Shown here: one piece after another, positions 10,151-21,471 of the stretch
How the letters are laid out: every line of letters begins with the position of its first letter
Position numbering within the stretch: the first letter of the stretch is position 1
Assembly (NCBI RefSeq): GCF_001194135.2
Contig: NC_068988.1
Location: 81,191,125 to 81,234,279 of the forward strand
Source of the DNA: Octopus bimaculoides
Lineage: Eukaryota
Direction of reading: 5' to 3'
DNA length: 43,155 nt
Program-made: the position numbers and the translations under genes
Notes under the pieces: generated by a model
Database searches by the model: none
What the model saw: the letters and a program-made list of their open reading frames with translations, nothing else
Told to the model about the DNA's origin: nothing

Positions 10151-12127
10151 GAGTGGAGAAGGCAGGTTGATGGATGGATGGATTACTGTGAGAAACCGCA
10201 CAACCCTCCTCAAATTTACATACTATTATTAATTAGAAATGATGTTATTACACATTCAGGATGTTATCCACTTCACCAAATATACAACTGCACTAACACA
10301 GTTGCACTGACACCATACATGCAAAATGCACACCTGCCAATAGCACACCTTCCCAAGAATGAATGAAAGCATTTTGCATCATTTTCAGAATATAATATAA
10401 ATTGAACACACACTAATATTTACATATAAAATTTGGGAACATATATTTATACTAACAATGGGCAATGACTAAGACAAGGATACAAAACCAGAATACTTCT
10501 CTCTCAACCTGTACCCATTATTCATACATCCCCTATGCAACATAAAGTACTGTATTACTCTATTCCCAATTATCTATCAACCATATTGCAGTAACACTGA
10601 GATAGTCTCATGATGGTACAATACACTCAATATTCAGTCACACCATATACACAATGGTTGATTAGAAATAGGAACGATTACCTATGAGGTAGACATATTG
10701 GAGACACATGATACAATATATGTACAAATTGCATGAAAACACAAGCGCATGAAAATATATATGCAAGCATGATCACGTATACACATACCTATAGCCAAGA
10801 AAAACCACAAGGGAAACAACCAATACTACAGTCTCTAAATGATTACTCCCCTTTAAATATATTTTCTCTTTGGTCACCAGTTCATGATTTATGACAGTTC
10901 ACATTATCTGTAAACTTACAAAATCTCATGCCATACTTCCACCATTTAAATGGCAGAGTTGTCACCCATTAACCGAACTCCGATTAAATAACTGCAATTA
11001 TAGTCATGTGAAACCTATGGTATCAGACTACTGACTTCCTATCAGCACACACACACACACAAACAACTGCTGCTGCTGCCGCCACCACCACCACCACCAC
11101 CACCACTACCACCAGAATATGCAGCTAAAGTATATCACCTTATTCTCATTTACTGATAGAAATTTTAGTGCACACAATAAAACTTGGGACAAAATCAAAA
11201 ATCAATACAGATAAAACAAGAAGTAACATCTGGGAAAGCTTATTTCTCACTATGTCAACTACAACTCCTTTACAAACACTTCTTGCTCAATACACCAACT
11301 CATCACTACCATATGTCAACATCCATCCTCCCCAATTATCCTTGAACTGTCTATGAATCACCATTCTGAAACACATCGATGAACAAAATAAAACTACTTT
11401 TACAAATGCAAAAATACCTAGAGGAACCAATTCCACCCAGAAACAAAATCAAGATACACCACATAATTCAACAACATCACAGTTACAAATATAGAGATTG
11501 TTAAATATGTTCAACAACACTAGTCACCAAAACTGACACCACGTACATACAATCAACAAAATAATTATAGACAAAAATATTCCAACATGTAGTGTAAAAA
11601 ATACAACCTGAATTACACAACAAAAATAGCCAGTCTGATAAAAACCAAAGAAAGCATAAACATAACACACCAACACCAATACCAACATCAAACACACACA
11701 AGACAGAAGTAAAAGAATCAGTATTAAATAATTGAACAAATACGAGCCGACCTGGAGTGATGCAACAACTACTTCATAGAGATGTATGTTGAGATAAAGA
11801 TCCACAACAGAGAACAGGAGACTGTTAAATAACTGTTGGTGGTGACAAAAGTTTAGAGAGAGGTGGAGACAACATACAGATGTGAAGAACAGGGAAGACT
11901 GTGAATTAGAGTAACTAGAAATCTTTGTTGTCCATATTCAGGTGAAAGAGATGCATGGCAAGAGTAAATTTAGACATACACATGCTCTACAGCAAAGATA
12001 CTGGAAGATAAAGTGTTGTCAGGACTGCAGAGATATGGGGTGAAATAGTAAAAGGATGTGCACAGGATGAAAGTTAGACTAAAATCTACACACACTGAAG
12101 TAGAAAGACATTCCATTTTCTCGGTAC

Positions 12128-12890
12128 ACTATTCTTGGGAGGGCCATGGAAGGAGAATCCTCAGGTACCTTCTGCATAGGATTCTATTAGAAGCAACTAG
12201 CATTAGACTTTCTGGCTGAATTCCCAAGTGCAACCAACTGAGACCATGGATATTATCCAACCGTCTTATTCTTGGTTTACCCCATGGTCTCCCACCAGTT
12301 GGTTCAGCTTGAAAAATCTCTCTTGTGATTCTTTCCTTTGGCATTTTAATCAAATGTCCATAATAATGGAGCTATGACTTGATCCGGAGAGATCCCAGAT
12401 ATCAAGCTATGCACTCTGTTGAGTAATGTTACTCCAGAGACCCTTTGGAGGAATCCCATTTTGGCTTCTTGTATTTGTAATGACACTCAGTTATTACCCA
12501 ACATTCTTGACCATAGGCAAGGATAGGCATGAAAACCAAATTAAAGATAGCAAATTTGGTTTGTTTCTCTTACCAACCTCTCCTCTTCTGAGTGATTTTC
12601 AAATAATTTGTCACACTTTTACTATAATTACTGTTGAGATTGATTTGGTTATTGGAAACAAGATCAATGAAAGACAAGTTTCATGACTTGTGTTCAATAC
12701 CTGCATTTATCTTTGCAGCAGACTAGCTGGAGCTCAGTAGCCTTGATGGGCCTCTCAGATACTTGTACTCTGAGGAGGGGTATCAGATAAGAACACCCAG
12801 GGCTAGTACTAGGAAGTGCAGGGCTCGATTAGAAAATTGTCAGCAGGGCACTCTGCTATACAAAAGCTGAAGATTGATGTTTTATGCTTC
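12128..12890 (-). mobile_element. RTE-clade LINE (Rex3/Expander-like) 3' ORF2 fragment, second copy
   Basis: Minus-strand FMPILAYGQECWV, MGFLQRVSGVTLLNRV, MPKERITREIFQAEPTGGRPWGKPRIRRLDNIHGLSWLHLGI (ORF 12129..12353). Confidence 0.82.
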
Positions 12891-12904
12891 ATGTAGTATG
12901 CCAG

Positions 12905-13240
12905 TCCCAACTAAAAAGTGTTGAGAGCTTGAGGCTCCATAATTAGCCACAATGATATATTAAGATTTCATCATAGCATCCTCTGCTTGAGTATTTGGAT
13001 GGGGTCCCTCTCTTGGCATGAGGCCCAATTTGATCAAATCTAATTTGCTGAAAACCAGCCATGAGAACACCTGTGCCAATGAGACAAGCTTTCTCTACAT
13101 GGTCACTCAGCCTGCTAAATCTTCCTCAAATCACACCCTGCTATCTTAATATAGTCCTACATACTTCAAAAAGATAAGATGGTCATGGCAGGAATATTTT
13201 TGAGCATAAGTTGCTCAATCACAGATAGTGTTAAACAAGA
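12905..13240 (+). mobile_element. Old SINE-like repeat ending in a family B segment
   Basis: 13090-13240 carries CTCTACATGGTCACTCAGCCTGCT..CCTCAAATCACACCCT..GATGGTCATGGC, shared with other family B copies; the upstream part is tentatively the same element. Confidence 0.5.
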
Positions 13241-13744
13241 AGAAGAAGAACAAGAGCACACACAAATATAGCCACAGACATTGTAAAAAGATTCGATGAT
13301 TATACTTCAATGTTGTTGTGATGCTTACCAAGGAAGGGACAGATCCATAGTTGTTAGACATCTGCTTGAAGCTGAATTAATATTTTACAGTTTAAAATGG
13401 CAAACCCCTATAACAGAAGTAGTAAGCTGAGTTTTAATTTCTGGCCACTTGTGCCATTAATACCCTTGGGAAAGGCTTGCACATCACAACATCATATTTC
13501 CATACCTCTAAAATTAGTGAAAAAAAAAAAAAATGCAATAGTTAAAGTGAATGATTAGAGATAATAATTTCACTAATTCTACCACAAGCATATAATTTCC
13601 ACCAGGAACTACCACTGATTGTAATCATCATCATCATCAACAACAACACCACTGTACATCCACTTCCTTGTTTTTATTGGGAAGTTGGATAAGTTCAAGA
13701 TTTCAGCATATACCTATGCAACTTATTCCTGAGGTAAGTTTTAC

Positions 13745-13840
13745 TGACAGGAAGGGCATCCATCTGGCTGTAAAACGATGCCTTAATAAAATATTCATCT
13801 AACTCTTGCTGGTACAGGAAAATGAATGCAAACATGAAAC
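13745..13840 (+). mobile_element. RTE LINE 3' UTR fragment
   Basis: AGGAAGGGCATCC..CTGTAAAA is the reverse complement of the CTGGATGCCCTTCCT motif at about 31961 and 32260. Confidence 0.55.
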
Positions 13841-14196
13841 AATAACAATTTTGTAAACAGTAGTGTCATGATTAGTTACTGCTTTCCATTAGAACAATCA
13901 CTGGCTCACTATATCCCTGATGGTGACAACAACCAGATGCAAAACATTTCGTTTGTGAACCACCATTTGGAGGTGGGGAATTTCTTATATGAGATTTTTG
14001 TATCTTCTGCTGATATAAACTAACAAAGACACACATACTTACACATAAACACGTATGATGAATCTCCGCACAGTTTTTGCTTCTACTAATTCTACCCACA
14101 ATTTATAAGCCAATGTGCTTATGAAGCAAACTTCTTGACCACAATACCTACATTTACTTTGCATTGTTTTGGCCTTATCCATGATCCTTTATACAG

Positions 14197-14234
<38 letters not shown>

Positions 14235-14518
14235 TATATATATGTATATATATATCGTGTGTCCGGCTGCTATTTCTTTTCGTTCTGGGACTCCCCAAGC
14301 TCGCACATACTTCTTTGCCCCTCCTGTTCGTGCTTCACAGGGTTCAATACATACACACTTCACATCTGGCTGTACAGCCTTTTTGTTTGTTGCACCTTGT
14401 TTATCATTTTGTCCATGTTCTCTTGCCACGTCATGTACCCAGTTATGTATCTATATGTACATGTGGATGAAGGTATGTACATACATGTACATATATATGC
14501 ATATACTCATATATTGTT

Positions 14519-14551
<33 letters not shown>

Positions 14552-14552
14552 A

Positions 14553-14775
14553 CAATAATCCCTTGCCAAATACCGGTTCATCCATCATGGTTTATTATTC
14601 AAGCTTATGTTGATTCCTCTCTGGTGCTGTCTTGCATTTATAATAAAATAAATATATACAAATTATGAAAATAATAAAAAAGTATATACAGTACAGTACT
14701 GTACTGCATATTTTTTTTATTATTTTCGCAGGGGGTTTTGGAATGTAACACCCATGATAGTCGAGGGATTACAGT
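14553..14775. mobile_element. Probable pogo/Tigger-like MITE
   Basis: TA-flanked ends CAATAATCCCTTG and CGAGGGATTACAGTG (imperfect inverted match); internal palindrome CAGTACAGTACTGTACTG. Confidence 0.5.
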
Positions 14776-15209
14776 GTATATGTGTGTGTATATATATATA
14801 ACAACTCTCTTATTCTTTCTTTCAGCATAGAGTCTATGCTGAATTGTGGTACAATATGGGCAGATTTCTGAAATCCAATGAACATTTATGCAGATATAAC
14901 AGTTTAAAGGATAAACCTTTTATAATGGATAATACTAAATGGACTTTTTCTTTTTTTCTTTCTTTTTCTTTTTCCTTTGTAATGTAATCTTGGGACTGAA
15001 AATGCTTGCGGCTGAAGATAGCTTTAAACCATCCTTTATATCAACAATATATTCTGATGTAATGACAGATTGTGTATAAAGCTTGAAACATGTGTACCGC
15101 AATATCCTTTGTGCTCTGTTTTCAATTTACGTTTAATATATTCTTTCACCTCTGCCACTATCTGGCATACACAGGGGCTTACGCTTATCAAGTATTACCT
15201 CTAAAACTT

Positions 15210-15213
15210 ACGG

Positions 15214-15249
<36 letters not shown>

Positions 15250-15353
15250 NNNNNNNNNNATATATATACATAAATATATATATACATATATATATATACA
15301 TAAATATATATACATAAATATATATACATAAATATATATACATATACATATAC

Positions 15354-15386
<33 letters not shown>

Positions 15387-15418
15387 CACATATATATATA
15401 TACATATACATATATATA
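15210..15418. repeat. (TA)n / TATATACATAAA compound microsatellite with a 10-N gap
   Basis: Direct inspection; generates the YI-repeat ORFs. Confidence 0.9.
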
Positions 15419-15774
15419 AGGTGCATACCAGAAGTTCTGAGACTTTTTTCAAGATAGGTGTTGGCATTCATGGACGTTTCATGCCAAAGTCAGACAATCC
15501 ACGATTTTTCTTGGGAAAGATGCAACAGTAGTTTCCAGTTGCCCCTTGCTGATTTCTTTACAGTTTACTTTGCTACTCTCCTACTCTCTCCTGAGCCTAT
15601 CCTTTATGCACAGAGGGGGTCCTACTTTGAAGGAAACATGGCACAAGAAGAATTTGTGTGTGTGTGTGTGTCCAGTTTTGCCAGTGCATTGCTCCATCCA
15701 ATATTGGAGTCCTAATACTAGTTAAGAAAGCCCTAAAAACTCATTTCTTGCTATGAGAAGATCAGTAATTGGAG

Positions 15775-16345
15775 GTGAAATTTGAAGTGAGGATACAGGT
15801 GACCAGCACTTCCCACTGATGAAGTCCAGTAGACTGAAATCATATGATATGGGGAATTCTGGTGCCCATGATAGATGATTTTTATTTGCTATGGTCTGTG
15901 TAGGTGCTTTTATGTGCCAAGTGCTTATATGAAAGGACCTTTCAATGTTAATAAGGCAATATCCAGTGTTCTAACAAGGCATCCTTGCTAAGTTGGATAT
16001 AAACATTACCTTTTGATATTAATACTGCTTCCATCACTATTAATTAATTTTTAACAAGTCTGCTGGCTATTTGTCACATCAGTGTCTGAAAAGTTACTGG
16101 TATTCTATATATGATGGCAGTGAGATTTGACTGGCAAGTGGTGACCTGCACTTCCCACTGATGAGGTCCAGCAGAATGAAATGTGTTATGAGAATTCTGG
16201 AGCCCATGACAGATGATCTGCTACGATCTATGAGAGTGCTTTTATGCACCAAGCACCTATATGAGAAGATTTCGCAAAGCTAGTAATGCAGTATTCAGTG
16301 TTCTAACAAGACATCCATGTTAAGTTGAATAAAAAAAAATTACTT
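15775..16345. repeat. Diverged local tandem duplication (about 230-bp homology, about 345-bp period)
   Basis: GGTGACC.GCACTTCCCACTGATGA.GTCCAG..GAATTCTGG.GCCCATGA.AGATGAT..GTGCTTTTATG..CAAG..CAGTGTTCTAACAAG.CATCC occurs at about 15800 and about 16140. Confidence 0.85.
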
Positions 16346-16785
16346 TTTAGTAGACATGTTTAGAATGTTGGCTTGAATGCCATGTGGTATTTGTTTCAGT
16401 TCTCTGTGGTCTGATTTCACTCAAGCTCAGGTCAACATTACTTTTCATTCTTTCAGGGCCAGTAAATAAAGTATCACACAGATTGGTGGACTAGTGGAGT
16501 TATAAGATGAAGATACCTTGTGGTATTTGTCCCAGGTCTTTGTGGTTTGAGTTCAAATTCCACTGATGTTAACTTCACCACCCATGGAACAAGGACTGTA
16601 GGAAATAACTTCATCTAACATTTCTGCTACCCATTACCTTGCTCTAGTACTTTATATATCAACCCTGAAAGGATCAAAAGCAAAGTTGACTTCAGAAGGA
16701 TTTGAACTCAGAATGCAGATAGCTGAAACAAAAATCACAAAGTATTCAAGCCAATACTCTAACAAATCTGCCAATCCCCTGCTTT
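16340..16785. mobile_element. Cluster of three decayed family A SINE fragments (two +, one -)
   Basis: GAGTTCAAATTCC-type B-box, GTCAAC.TT.C.TTTCAT.CTTT motifs; inverted copy TTGAACTCAGAA at about 16640-16782. Confidence 0.65.
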
Positions 16786-16944
16786 TAATTAGCTAACAAA
16801 ATTAAAAAGAAAATAGCTTCAATGTTAGTAGCAATAACATTTCTAACTCATAAAGTTAAAGAAAAACTAACTCAACTCTTTAACTTGATGCAAACAAAAC
16901 AAAAAACAAAAATACTTTAACAGATGTGTTTTTATATGTTAATG

Positions 16945-17090
16945 TTTAACCCTAGGTCAATCCTGACTGAGTAAGTCGATGATCAAAACATGTTCCAGAT
17001 GTGATCATGATCCTTTTCTTTTTATATATTTAAAAACAGTACAGTGTGATTTGAGGCAATTTGGCTGCTATTTCTAGCTGATTGAGGCTC
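16945..17090 (-). mobile_element. Repeat family B, inverted copy
   Basis: TGTTTAACCCTAGGTCAATCCTGA ... GTGTGATTTGAGGCAATTTGGCTGCTATTTCTAG. Confidence 0.65.
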
Positions 17091-17740
17091 TGTTGTTGAC
17101 ATATCATAGGTAAGAAGTAAACACTGGAGTTATTTAGATTACCTGATGATGAAGAAATAGTTGTTTACTTGATCAAAACTATTTTGCCAGAATATTCTCT
17201 CTGAGAGTAAAAAGGAAATCTCTACAAGGATGGATATAAAATGATGGTACTTACAACAGAAGGATGATAACATTGCTGTAAAGTTTCCATCGAACCAGTA
17301 TTTCCAAAGACTGGCATGTGAGAGGCAACAGGAAGTGCAAGAAAAGTGGCAAAAAGCCGAACATGAAAGTGTAGGGTTTGGGGGGTGGGGTGGGAGTAGT
17401 CCTTAGCAACTGTCAGGGAATCACTGGGTCAGCTGATGTAGTAGTTACTTGTATGAGGAATAGCTCTTTTGCAACAGAACATGATATATATATATCAGTA
17501 GGAAATATACTCTAACAGTGAATCTAGCAAACTTCATATTAATACAAACTATCCACCATTCTTTGTTTGGAATGCAGGAGTGTTGGGGGTAGGGCTTCTT
17601 TATTTGTCTGGCCCTCTCTTTTATTATTGTTATTCTCTCATCAATTCTGATAACTACTACTCCAACACTATGCTGCCACTGTAGCATCTATGTGGTTGTT
17701 CACCCTGATAGAATCAGCAACTAAGTCTCTCTTAAGAGGT

Positions 17741-17948
17741 CTGGCTGCTATGTCTACTAACTCGAGCAACTGGTACAAAGTAGTGTAAGCGAAGTATGCA
17801 GCACAGAATCCTAATGTCTATATTTCATCAATCACTATCTACAAGAGTTCAGTAGATTGAATAATACAAGGTAATGACCGACAAGGAGCAGTTGGGTTAG
17901 TAACAATATTGGTATTGAAGGTAAATGGCATTAGAAATATGTGATTAA
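17741..17948. repeat. Dispersed duplication, partner of 19590-19806
   Basis: GAGCAAC..GTACAAAGTAGTGT.AG.GAAGTATGCAG..CAGAATCCTA.TGTCTATAT.TCATCAATCACT ... TTGGTATTGAAGGTAA.TGGCATTA.AAATATGTGATTAAT at both loci. Confidence 0.85.
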
Positions 17949-18873
17949 TAACTTTAATTAAACACACACACACACACACATATATATTGTAATTCTGTGT
18001 TTACTTCGCTGGATTATGAACATTTTCAGGAAAGTAAATCCAATACGACTACAAAGAACACAGAGACTGGTACATCTTTAAAAATTTTTTCTTTTAATTC
18101 AACACTTAATTATACACCATAACTAATTATGCTGTATAATTAACTACTATATTAAAAGAAAAATTTCTAGATGTACCAGTCTCCATATATTCATAATACA
18201 GTGAAGCAAACCCAGATTTACTCATCAGAGGAATTACAGTGGGATTGCTCACTCTAAGAGATCCTTGATGCTTTAGCCAGAACCTGGAATATACCTGAGA
18301 GTTATTACAGCACCTGCCTGGATAATCTATCCCGATATATTCATTGTGTATGTGTGCATAATATATATATATATATATATATATANNNNNNNNNNNNNNN
18401 NNNNNNNNNNNNNNNNNNNNNNNNNNNNNNNNNNNNNNNNNNNNNNNNNNNNNNNNNNNNNNNNNNNNNNNNNNNNNNNNNNNNNNNNNNNNNNNNNNNN
18501 NNNNNNNNNNNNNNNNNNNNNNNNNNNNNNNNNNNNNNNNNNNNNNNNNNNNNNNNNNNNNNNNNNNNNNNNNNNNNNNNNNNNNNNNNNNNNNNNNNNN
18601 NNNNNNNNNNNNNNNNNNNNNNNNNNNNNNNNNNNNNNNNNNNNNNNNNNNNNNNNNNNNNNNNNNNNNNNNNNNNNNNNNNNNNNNNNNNNNNNNNNNN
18701 NNNNNNNNNNNNNNNNNNNNNNNNNAAGGGATAGTGCCATGGACACCTGTGCTTTGGTCCTTTCTTTTTCTTTTCTTCCTTTTTTTGTCACTTTTGCTAT
18801 GAATTAAATTAATGAATTCAACGGGATACACCGTCTGCAAGTAGTTGGGTTCAGCATATTATCCTCCATTTTC

Positions 18874-18907
<34 letters not shown>

Positions 18908-18914
18908 CAAGTAT

Positions 18915-19088
18915 ATATCATGTGATCACGTGACCGACCAGACCATCAGATGTTGTTACACATCGCTGGTCACAATGAGCATTGCATTGTTTTAACTATC
19001 GAATGACATCACCCCGCTGGCTAGGTGACCTGGCCTACACACTTCCTTGATCGAAAAGGGACTGGAGCAATGTGAAATGAAATGTTTC
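18915..19088 (-). mobile_element. SINE-like fragment (CORE-type family), truncated
   Basis: GACTGGAGCAATGTGAAATGAAATGTTT resembles the inverted SINE segment at about 23460 (GACTAGAATAATGTGAAGTAAAGTGCCTTGCTCAAG). Confidence 0.5.
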
Positions 19089-19089
19089 C

Positions 19090-19275
19090 GTGAAATTCTG
19101 TTTTCTGCTGGGGAAAACCGCAGCTGAAACAAATGTCATGCTTCAAGCAGCTTACAAGGATGCTGCTTCAAAGTATTCAAATGGAGAATACTTTGAAGGT
19201 GATGAAAGTGAAAACATATAAAACTAAGTGGATAAAGTTGTAGTGCAAAACTTTGGTTTCTTTTGCATACCTCCT
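19090..19275 (+). mobile_element. Internally deleted mariner remnant (N-terminal HTH joined to C-terminus and 3' TIR)
   Basis: VKFCFLLGKTAAETNVMLQAAYKDAA (mariner N-terminus) runs in frame into NGEYFEGD (mariner C-terminus); TIR-like CTTTTTGCATACCTCCT followed by TA at 19276-19277. Confidence 0.7.
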
Positions 19276-19444
19276 TACATATATATATATATATATGTTA
19301 GCGCCACCCTCAGATAATATATAATACTAAATATGTCTGTAGGTTTAACATTTTGATTGAGTAAACAATATTTTTATAGGTTAAGAGTACAGTTTAAGGA
19401 AATGTTTCCAGGAATATTACTGGTACTTATTTTCTAGATTTGGA

Positions 19445-19620
19445 GCTGTTGCTCAGATCCATGTCAGCCCTGAACCAACAGATCTATAATCATTTCAATC
19501 ATGACTACTACAGCCTTTTTAAGACACCAATCTCTACTATCCAGTGTCCTCCCTTTACTTAAGATTGTATGGTATAATCTGGGAGAGATTTGGTTGCAAT
19601 TTCTACTAATTTGAGCAACC
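19445..19620 (-). mobile_element. Repeat family B, inverted copy
   Basis: CAGATCCATGTCAGCCCTGA ... GGGAGAGATTTGGTTGCAATTTCTA..TTGAGCAACC. Confidence 0.6.
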
Positions 19621-19806
19621 AGTACAAAAGTAGTGTTAGTGAAGTATGCAGTGCAGAATCCTAGTGTCTATATGTCATCAATCACTGTCTGTTAGGGTTC
19701 AGTAGATTAAATAATGTAAGATAGTCACTGACAAGGGACAGTCTTCTCCTGGGGTAGTAACAATGTTGGTATTGAAGGTAACTGGCATTAAAAATATGTG
19801 ATTAAT
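19590..19806. repeat. Dispersed duplication, partner of 17741-17948
   Basis: See 17741-17948. Confidence 0.85.
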
Positions 19807-20574
19807 CTTCAGCATGTTTAAGCGCATTATATCACCATAGAGGTTTCTCCTCTGTAGCTGCAGGTACAATGTGTTGCATTGAGAGGGGAGAAAACTCATA
19901 TGGTGACATGATGCTCCTCCAGTATGCTAAAGGTTAATAACTTTAAAAACTATACAGTACATCTTGTATGAAAGCTGAATATTTACAACTATGAATGAAC
20001 ATGAACATAAATAGCATTCCTTGGTCTCGTTAGATACAACCTCTCTAGAGCTGGTGACATGATAAACTGGTTCTAAACTATGCTGTAAAGTAGTTGATAT
20101 TGGAAAGGCATCAAGTTGTAAAAACCAAGCTAATCCACAAAAAAGATGACTGTTTATCTGTGTTACTATGTGTATCAGATGATAAAGATTGTAGGCAAAT
20201 GATGAGACACTGTGACAAATCCAAGCCATGCCAGCAGGTAAAAACAAATGTGAAGTAATAATGATGATGATGATGATGATGATGATACTGTAGGGAAATC
20301 AAAACTTCGGTCAATGATAACCAAACCTGTAAGATATACATTGAATGATATTTTTATTAACATCATCTACGGCTCAATAAAGTGATGTAGCTTCAACAAG
20401 TTATATCAATCATTATAAATAGTACATATGATATGAAACTTCAACATCAGGAAAATAATATATAGAAAGAATACAAACAGAAAAAGATAAATGTTATAAA
20501 TACACTGAAAGAAGTGAATGGTACATTTATAGAAATGGACATAGTGTTCTGCAAGTTTTGGGACGATGCATATA

Positions 20575-21471
20575 CAGAGTGTTTGGGCTAAATTTGATGA
20601 TTTTTATGTCTCCTTTTTTCAGGAACAGCTTAATGTATTGGTGAAAAGCCAATGGTATTGGAGACAACAAAGATTAAAGTTGTAGTTGAAAAAAAGTTAG
20701 CTGACATGAAGGACTGGAAGCCATCTGGATATTGGAAAAGAGTTACCTGTGTCATGATGATTCCCACTAGGTATCAAAATGCCAACATCATGAATGTTGC
20801 TCAATGCTCTATGAACACTGTAATGGTTGCAAGATGTGATATGGACAACTGCAATGGAGAAGCCACGACCAGCAGAAAGGAACATTGCAAGCATTCTGAC
20901 TGTGTGTGCATACTGGAATTCATCCCCACATCTTAGAACAAGGCCTTAGGCTCAATTCAGATGGCTATGTGAAGCTGCTGGAAATTGATGTCAAACACTG
21001 GCTGTGGAGTCATTGCTGCTGGAAGGCTATATGGGTGGCAGCAGGATTCAACTTCCTGCCACACCTCCAGAAAGAGTCAGAAGTAGTTGATGAAAAATTA
21101 CTTTGACCTCACCAGCGCCAATTTCTAATTTATGGCCATCTAATTCCCTTGATTGTAATCCCATGGTTTACTACATGTGGGGTGTGGTTGAGAAAGACTC
21201 CAACTGCGCTTCTTGCAATGCCAAGGCCAAGCTAATGGCCAAGATCAAGGAGGCATTTAAAGATCTTTCCAGGGATGCAGTGAGGAATGCATGAGCCAGG
21301 TTCCTATGGCTATGATGGAAGCTGAGGGTGGTTACTATGAGTAAACTGTTATCTCCCAGCCATAACTGAGGTGATATATTTTGTATTTTTTAAAATACTT
21401 TTATGTTTGGATGCGATAAAGTGTTTTCTTTTCTTTTTACAAAAACTGTCAATTTTAGCCCAAACCCCCTG
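20575..21471 (+). mobile_element. maT (DD37D) Tc1/mariner element, internally deleted and decayed
   Basis: TIRs CAGAGTGTTTGGGCTAAATTTGA and TCAATTTTAGCCCAAACCCCCTG with TA on both sides. Remnant QQDSTSCHTSRKSQK...WPSNSLDCNPMVYYMWGVVEK has 37 residues between the second D and the third catalytic position (now V). Confidence 0.9.

Noticed and set aside
15417-15452. Mariner-like TIR (AAGGTGCATACCAGAAGTTCTGAGAC)
   Set aside because: No matching second TIR or transposase remnant found nearby.
17140-17700. Protein-like plus-strand peptides (DDEEIVVYLIK, YLQQKDDNIAVKFPS) and ORF 17445..17687
   Set aside because: Interrupted by stops in every frame and no family motif recognised.
18168-18350. Plus-strand MYQSP...*EILDALARTWNIPESYY as a LINE RT remnant; minus frame YIGIDYPGRCC as an exon
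   Set aside because: No diagnostic RT motif, an internal stop, and it abuts a gap; neither reading is supported.
18127-18840. Long ORFs containing X runs (also 6890-7196, 7495-7903, 32300-33051, 40662-41082, 41623-42573)
   Set aside because: Their length comes from N-gaps, which contain no stop codons.
19927-20341. ORFs 19927..20247, 20111..20341 and plus-frame LILERHQVVKTK...KPCQQ
   Set aside because: Open frames on both strands but weak acceptors and no recognisable homology; cannot choose among them.
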